Origin: a virus
Taxonomy: Duplodnaviria; Caudoviricetes
IMG/VR virus record: IMGVR_UViG_3300005077_000489
Location: 1 to 64,000 of that record
Strand: one strand, 5' to 3'
DNA: 64,000 nt
The position numbers were made by a program, and so were the translations under genes. Of the stretch, positions 58,922 to 64,000 are shown piece after piece. The notes under the pieces were generated by a model that saw only the letters and a program-made list of their open reading frames with translations, made no database searches and was not told where the DNA came from. Positions within the stretch are counted from its first letter, which is position 1; each line of letters begins with the position of its first letter.

Positions 58922-59662
58922 ATGAAAAGCAAAGTAGATCGCCAACAGATCAAACTCAGTGCTAAAAGTAAGGTAGCTGAAGTTTTATCTCAGGAAGACC
59001 TAGCGGCTCAGAAGGCTAAGATTGAAGAGCTCTTTGTCGAGATGGAAACTGATATGGCTGAACTTAAAGTAGCTAAGGAGGCGGCTACCGAGGGCAATGA
59101 TAAGTTGTCCCAAGTAGTTGAAGATCTAAAATCTGAAAAGAAAGAACTTGAGGCGACTGTTAAAACTCTCAATGATGAAAAAGATACTCTGCAGAAACAA
59201 TTAGATGAGTCAGCGAAGAAATTGGCTGATATAGAGTCTAAAGTTACTGACATGGAAAAGGAAGCCGCGTCTCAAAAGCGAATTAAAGAGCTTGAAGAGG
59301 CCGGTGTATTTTCTGGTGAAAAGCAAATCAGTAGAGTAAAGAATATGGATGATGAAGAGTTTGCTTCTTATAAGGAAGAGCTTTTAGAACTCCGTAGATC
59401 TTGGGAAGCTAAAACAGCACCTAAAGATAAACCATCTGAGGATAATAAAACAGAAGGTGGTGATGAGGGCAAGAAGGCGAAAGCTAGTGTTGACAACCCT
59501 GAAGATGATGACGATGAAGTAAAGTTGACAAAGAAGACCTTAGCAGAGATTATGGAACTCAGAAAGACTATGGCTTCTATGAATTTGCCTACTAATGATG
59601 CTCCTGACGCGGAGCAGGTTAAAGAGTATGCAAACATTTGGGAAGAGGAGGAAGGTAAGTAA
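58922..59662 (+). CDS. Coiled-coil capsid scaffolding protein (probable)
   Basis: Long E/K-rich heptads; RIKELEEAG...MDDEEFASYK motif; two genes before the capsid gene. Confidence 0.65.
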   Translation: MKSKVDRQQIKLSAKSKVAEVLSQEDLAAQKAKIEELFVEMETDMAELKVAKEAATEGNDKLSQVVEDLKSEKKELEATVKTLNDEKDTLQKQLDESAKKLADIESKVTDMEKEAASQKRIKELEEAGVFSGEKQISRVKNMDDEEFASYKEELLELRRSWEAKTAPKDKPSEDNKTEGGDEGKKAKASVDNPEDDDDEVKLTKKTLAEIMELRKTMASMNLPTNDAPDAEQVKEYANIWEEEEGK

Positions 59663-60186
59663 TGTTTATTATACGTATGCCTGGAATAGAAAATTCCTTT
59701 TGTAAACATGATGCTACACAAAGCACCGCACCTGTTGCCGCTTCTCCAATCGTATGTCCTCAGGGTGCAGTAGTTACTGTTGCTGGTTGCGACGGTGAAA
59801 CCACTGTTGTAAAGCAAATGACTTCTTGTACTCAGGTTCCTTTTGGTTTCTTAATGCAAGAAATCAGGACGGAATATAATCATGAGTATATTCCTCATGG
59901 TGGGATGAAAGCAAGCGATTGGGGCAGGCAGATGACTTTTATTGGTGCTCCAGTTGGTGTTGCACATCATGGTATTGCTAGTACTAATGTCTATGATACT
60001 GATGTGCAGGTTAACGCTGGTGACTTTTTGTATGCATCAGCTAGTGGAACTCTAGTTGTTTCTGGTGGTTGGGGTTACTGTGACAGTGGTTGGAATAATC
60101 TTAATCCTATCGCTGTAGCAATGAATACTCTTACTACTACTAGACTATCGCAAGGTAGATATTTGCACATTAAGTTGCTTATCTAA
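59662..60186 (+). CDS. Capsid decoration/cement protein (probable)
   Basis: Beta-rich 174 aa directly before the major capsid gene; PFGFLMQE...AGDFLYA pattern. Confidence 0.6.
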   Translation: MFIIRMPGIENSFCKHDATQSTAPVAASPIVCPQGAVVTVAGCDGETTVVKQMTSCTQVPFGFLMQEIRTEYNHEYIPHGGMKASDWGRQMTFIGAPVGVAHHGIASTNVYDTDVQVNAGDFLYASASGTLVVSGGWGYCDSGWNNLNPIAVAMNTLTTTRLSQGRYLHIKLLI

Positions 60187-60210
60187 TCGGGTTATGGAGG
60201 TAATGTAATT

Positions 60211-61281
60211 ATGGATCTTGAAAAGAAACGTAGACTTTTTCAAGCGACCGCGGAAGACACACCCGAAGGTAGGAAAGCTTTCAGGGCGTTTGCTGCCTCT
60301 CTGACTGGCCCGATTCTGAAGGGACTTGAAGAGCAATCTTATATGCGAAGTCTTTTTACAGTCGAGAGGTTGGGACCGGGTGCCCAGCCCACATACCCTA
60401 TCGCTGATGAATTTGATAGCCCAATTTGGATTTTACCCCATATTGGGTATGTAGCACAAGACTACATCGAATACATAGCGGAAGAGGTATCAATTCCTAC
60501 CTTTACTGTGCAAGCCGCCAAAGATTGGTTGCTTAGATATGCACGTGAAGGACGTACTGACGTTGTTCAAAGAGCTCAACAGGCTGTTTCTAAGTCGTTG
60601 GCATCTTATGAGGAAGAAGCAGGTTGGAGAACTATCATACCTGCGGCTACTTCTGCATTTAATGGTGCAGGGGTTCTTCCGCCTAGGCCAGCTCCTATTT
60701 ATGAAATGGCTGCGGGCGACCCAGCTTCGGGTTATCTTTCTAAAGAGCTCTTAAATAGAATGATTGTCGGTATGCAACGCTTAGGCCGTAATCTACAGGA
60801 GCTTTGGATTTCTCCTGAAGATATGGCTGATATTCGCGAGTACACTGATATTGATGTTGATCAGGTTACTCGCAGGGAGATTTTCCAAGCTGCTGGTTTA
60901 GGTAGCATTTGGGGAGTTCGCTTTAGAGTGGTGGATGCATTAGGTGTCCGCGGAAAATATAATATCAATGACAAAACATCTGAGTATGGTCCTTTTAAGG
61001 GCAACGCCGGTTCTAATGCTTATAATGATTATACTATCAGTAATGGTAACATTGTTGATATAAATGGTAATCTTTCGACAGCAGGCGAGACTCAGATTTA
61101 TGGATTTGATAATTCTGATATTTCTTTGGTTATGCCTATTAAGCAGGAGTACCAAGCATTTGATGACCCAACCCTACATCGTAAACAGAAACAAGGTTTC
61201 TATGGATGGATGGAGTTTGGTATGGCTTGTCTAGATGCAAGGTTCCTTTGCATGGCAGTAATCGACAGATATACTCCATAA
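60211..61281 (+). CDS. Major capsid protein (HK97-like fold)
   Basis: 356 aa; LGPGAQPTYP, VSIPTF...DWLLRYAREGRTDVVQRA, FDDPTLHRKQKQGFYGWMEFG segments typical of a large-phage MCP family. Confidence 0.82.
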   Translation: MDLEKKRRLFQATAEDTPEGRKAFRAFAASLTGPILKGLEEQSYMRSLFTVERLGPGAQPTYPIADEFDSPIWILPHIGYVAQDYIEYIAEEVSIPTFTVQAAKDWLLRYAREGRTDVVQRAQQAVSKSLASYEEEAGWRTIIPAATSAFNGAGVLPPRPAPIYEMAAGDPASGYLSKELLNRMIVGMQRLGRNLQELWISPEDMADIREYTDIDVDQVTRREIFQAAGLGSIWGVRFRVVDALGVRGKYNINDKTSEYGPFKGNAGSNAYNDYTISNGNIVDINGNLSTAGETQIYGFDNSDISLVMPIKQEYQAFDDPTLHRKQKQGFYGWMEFGMACLDARFLCMAVIDRYTP

Positions 61282-61307
61282 GCGGGTAAATAAGGAGGTA
61301 CTAAACT

Positions 61308-61511
61308 ATGTTTTGGTTAGATCGTTCTGGAAAAACCCGCAAGACTGAAGTGACCGGATGGAAGTCTGGTCTACGACAAGGTCATTGGGGGAAATATGGA
61401 AATTGGGTTATGTTTAATTTGAACCCACTTACACAAGAAGTGGTTGTTTCAGATGAAGCAGTTTATATGGGAGATGGTGAATACTGGACGTGGCATATAC
61501 GCTGGTCCTGA
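61308..61511 (+). CDS. Hypothetical protein
   Basis: 67-aa ORF with GGAGG RBS. Confidence 0.6.
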   Translation: MFWLDRSGKTRKTEVTGWKSGLRQGHWGKYGNWVMFNLNPLTQEVVVSDEAVYMGDGEYWTWHIRWS

Positions 61512-61563
61512 TTCATTAATATATTCAATAACTTATATTAATTTATTAAAGTAAATTATAGTT

Positions 61564-61589
61564 AGGGGGACATATTTGTCCCCCTTTTT
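61564..61589 (+). terminator. Rho-independent terminator
   Basis: AGGGGGACA-TATT-TGTCCCCCT followed by a T run. Confidence 0.8.
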
Positions 61590-61656
61590 GTTTAACCTGT
61601 AATAACTTTCCTTCTAACTTCTTGTAGGAACTGTAACCGTTAGGAGGATTTTTATT

Positions 61657-62058
61657 ATGTCAAACGATTTTAATGATCTAGACAATAAGCCAGTAAAGAA
61701 AGACAAGGCTATATGGGAAGTGCCGGATGATGCTCCTAAGTGGCAACACTGGCTTGCTAAGTTTATTAATTCTATTCCTATTGTATTATTTATATTTGTT
61801 ACTTACTATTTAATTAATTTGTTTGGGCAAAATCCTGAATTGGAGGGATACAGAAATGCTTATATGAATTTAGTGGTTAGCACGGTCCCCTATAGTGCTC
61901 TGGCTTTTATAGGCATATTGTCTTTGACTACATGGTTATTTCCTTATTTTAATTATAAACAAATTAAAAATGATGCTCCTATAGTTAGAGCAGCATGCTT
62001 CATTTTTTGGGGCATGGTTTCTTTAGGGGTTGCCATAGTGATAGCAAGTGTAGGTTAA
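61657..62058 (+). CDS. Membrane protein, candidate holin
   Basis: Three hydrophobic helices; first gene of the lysis cluster. Confidence 0.5.
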   Translation: MSNDFNDLDNKPVKKDKAIWEVPDDAPKWQHWLAKFINSIPIVLFIFVTYYLINLFGQNPELEGYRNAYMNLVVSTVPYSALAFIGILSLTTWLFPYFNYKQIKNDAPIVRAACFIFWGMVSLGVAIVIASVG

Positions 62059-62059
62059 A

Positions 62060-62656
62060 ATGTTTAAGTACGTCTTAGCTATATGTTTTGTATGTACTTT
62101 TTCCTTAGTAACCAAGGTCACCAATCTCGCTATGCCTTACCCTACCCATGGGGAGGAGTCCTCAGTAAATAAAGTTTTGAGTAGGTTGGATTACTATTGT
62201 ACGATGTTAGAAAAAATGGCTGCACCTTATGTGATGCAAAATCAGTGGAAAGACCCTAAGAAGGGTATTGACTGCTCTGGGTCCATGGCTTTTATATTTA
62301 ATAACGCATTAAATGACGTATTTAAGATGTCCGGAATTCCTTTTCCGCGAGTAACTTCTAGAGAAATGGCTAATGGTGCATGGCCCGGTGCAAGAATAAA
62401 GGACAAGATAAAAGCATGGGACTTAGCAACTTTTCCTACTCTAGATTTCTGGACTTATAGTGCCAAGAGACCACAGGGACACACAGCCTTGAATAGGGAG
62501 AAAGAAGGCGAAGATAAGTTGGTATTTGCTGAGGCTTCTTACGGTAAAAAACACTTCAAACGTAGTAACATGTTCAGAGGTAAAGATATTTGGTATAACT
62601 GGAACGGTATACTGATTCCTGAATTAGACCCAGAGAAATGGAGGCTCCAAAAGTGA
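62060..62656 (+). CDS. NlpC/P60-like peptidoglycan hydrolase with N-terminal signal/anchor (candidate endolysin)
   Basis: Hydrophobic N-terminus; PY...GIDCSG (Cys) and GHT (His). Confidence 0.65.
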   Translation: MFKYVLAICFVCTFSLVTKVTNLAMPYPTHGEESSVNKVLSRLDYYCTMLEKMAAPYVMQNQWKDPKKGIDCSGSMAFIFNNALNDVFKMSGIPFPRVTSREMANGAWPGARIKDKIKAWDLATFPTLDFWTYSAKRPQGHTALNREKEGEDKLVFAEASYGKKHFKRSNMFRGKDIWYNWNGILIPELDPEKWRLQK

Positions 62657-62967
62657 TATTTGATTCCGGACAGATTATATCCACGCTGGCAGTATTAATG
62701 TTTTGGGTGCTAATCGCGGGCGGCGGCTACCTGTATTCTAAGCTAAAGTATTATGAGTATATAGCTAATACTAAACAAATAAGAATTGAGGAGTTAAAAA
62801 AGGAGTTAGCAGTATCGGAGCAAAAACTATTAAATTGTAATGCACAAGTTGATCTATCTAAAAAAAACTTAAAAGCAATTGAAGCCTATTATAAAAAGAA
62901 AGTTCCCTTCGTGATAACAGGGAAAGAACCGAAAGACGAGGAGTTATTTAACATTGAACCTAAGTAA
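62638..62967 (+). CDS. Inner-membrane spanin (probable)
   Basis: N-terminal TM helix followed by a coiled coil; overlaps the lipoprotein gene. Confidence 0.6.
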   Translation: MEAPKVIFDSGQIISTLAVLMFWVLIAGGGYLYSKLKYYEYIANTKQIRIEELKKELAVSEQKLLNCNAQVDLSKKNLKAIEAYYKKKVPFVITGKEPKDEELFNIEPK

Positions 62968-63358
62968 TATTATAATATTATTGGTATGTCTAGTTGTCTT
63001 TACCGGGTGCAAAAGTAATAATGGTTTTGTGAGGAATGAACCAATACCATTACAGCCACAACCTAAACGGGTCGCAGTACATAAAAATGAAGATAAATCG
63101 AAATACCCGAATACTCATTGGATAGAGAAGGACCGGGGTCCTATAAAAATAAAACCCGATGAAAAGGGCGAGGGTCTTTATTGGCGAGCCCCGAAAGAAG
63201 GTGCTATTGCTTGGCCTTATGATTCGTGGGAAGCTTTCTTAAAATCTTATCAGAACTATTTAGATTGGGCAGATAATACAGAAACATTAATTAAAAACTA
63301 TAATGATGCTGTGGAGGGGAAAACTAAAGAAGCGGAAAAACCCTGGTACAGACCATGA
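62954..63358 (+). CDS. Outer-membrane spanin lipoprotein (probable)
   Basis: Signal peptide with lipobox FTGC followed by a Pro-rich linker. Confidence 0.65.
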   Translation: MNLSNIIILLVCLVVFTGCKSNNGFVRNEPIPLQPQPKRVAVHKNEDKSKYPNTHWIEKDRGPIKIKPDEKGEGLYWRAPKEGAIAWPYDSWEAFLKSYQNYLDWADNTETLIKNYNDAVEGKTKEAEKPWYRP

Positions 63359-63792
63359 GCGAGGAACGTACTACTAAATTATTACATGAGTTAGAAGACC
63401 TTATAGGACTACTAGCACAACAGACAGATAGTCGTGCTACCAATCTCCAAGCTAAGTGGGAAGAAAAGTGGGATAAGTTAGAAAATTCTGTTGATAGTAT
63501 CGCGGATGAAGTATATAAACTAAAGAAGAAAAAATGGGATTGGTTTAAATTTATTGTCATAGGAATTCTGTTAATAGTTGGTATCACGGCATTTGAAACG
63601 TGGCGGGATGGAATGTATAAATTAAGTAGCTTCGACTCTGAGGTTAAGGCACTCAATTCTAAATTTGATGCCTTAAAGGAACGAATTGTTTTTAGAGGCG
63701 ACTTAATCGACAAGATTAGGGAATTGGAGAAGTCAAGGACAAAGGAGATAAAAGAGTTAATAGAGGAGTATCACAAGAAGAAGCCGAAATGA
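63355..63792 (+). CDS. Coiled coil-TM-coiled coil membrane protein
   Basis: Central FIVIGILLIVGITAF helix flanked by heptads. Confidence 0.65.
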   Translation: MSEERTTKLLHELEDLIGLLAQQTDSRATNLQAKWEEKWDKLENSVDSIADEVYKLKKKKWDWFKFIVIGILLIVGITAFETWRDGMYKLSSFDSEVKALNSKFDALKERIVFRGDLIDKIRELEKSRTKEIKELIEEYHKKKPK

Positions 63793-64000
63793 AGATATTA
63801 ATTGTTGAAAATGATGTTATTGTGGGTAAGATATGGAGAAAGTGGCTATCTAGGTTACATGAAGTTAGAAGTGCTGAATCAGCAGCTACCGCTCTAGAGG
63901 CTATAGATGAGGAATTACCTGACTTGGTTATTTTAGATTTACGTCTTAATGGACCAAACCCCGCGTCATCTGGTCTTAGAGTATTTAATTATTTACGAGA
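63789..64000 (+). CDS. Response regulator receiver domain (partial, runs off the window)
   Basis: ATG at 63789 (ATGA overlap): MKILIVENDVIVGKIWRKWL...EALEAIDEELPDLVILDLRL type sequence with the phospho-acceptor Asp. Not in the ORF track. Confidence 0.85.
   Translation, partial: MKILIVENDVIVGKIWRKWLSRLHEVRSAESAATALEAIDEELPDLVILDLRLNGPNPASSGLRVFNYLR

Noticed and set aside
441-60754. Many ORF-track entries antisense or out of frame to called genes (e.g. 441-713, 1789-2310, 6034-6480, 16972-17490, 24043-24483, 59368-59817)
   Set aside because: They overlap genes with recognisable motifs, lack RBSs and break the arm-wide strand pattern.
1-64000. Stop-codon reassignment as seen in some large phages
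   Set aside because: Long conserved genes are intact under code 11, and TAA, TAG and TGA all terminate genes at sensible positions.

Overview
This window comes from a large, AT-rich tailed dsDNA phage (Caudoviricetes) read in the standard genetic code. It has two divergent arms that meet at about 21.0 kb. The left arm (1-20.9 kb, minus strand) starts with an IS605-type remnant (intact tnpB, truncated tnpA). It continues with many small ORFs plus host-type genes: Hsp20, MazG-like proteins, a kinase, a receiver domain, PyrE, peptide deformylase, a metacaspase, a DNA methylase and a DHH phosphoesterase. The right arm (21.3-64 kb, plus strand) carries GroES, an HNH nuclease, HU, a degenerate tRNA, a long tmRNA, a DnaX-type clamp loader, methionine aminopeptidase and a Mad28/MamK-type actin. 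It then carries terminase, portal and a probable prohead protease, a ~17.7 kb block of virion/surface genes, scaffold, decoration protein, major capsid protein and a lysis cassette with spanins. Spanins imply a Gram-negative host, and two captured genes resemble those of Desulfobacterota (inference from recalled family patterns). The most notable signals are an orphan TnpB omega-RNA-like element at ~49.2 kb, a 26-bp promoter-like motif found four times, a pseudoknotted intergenic RNA candidate at ~18.7 kb, the tmRNA with an unusual 25-aa tag, the actin module, Ser-Gly-rich virion proteins beside a glycosyltransferase, and excess CCGCGG sites. All family assignments come from motifs read by eye; no database search was run.
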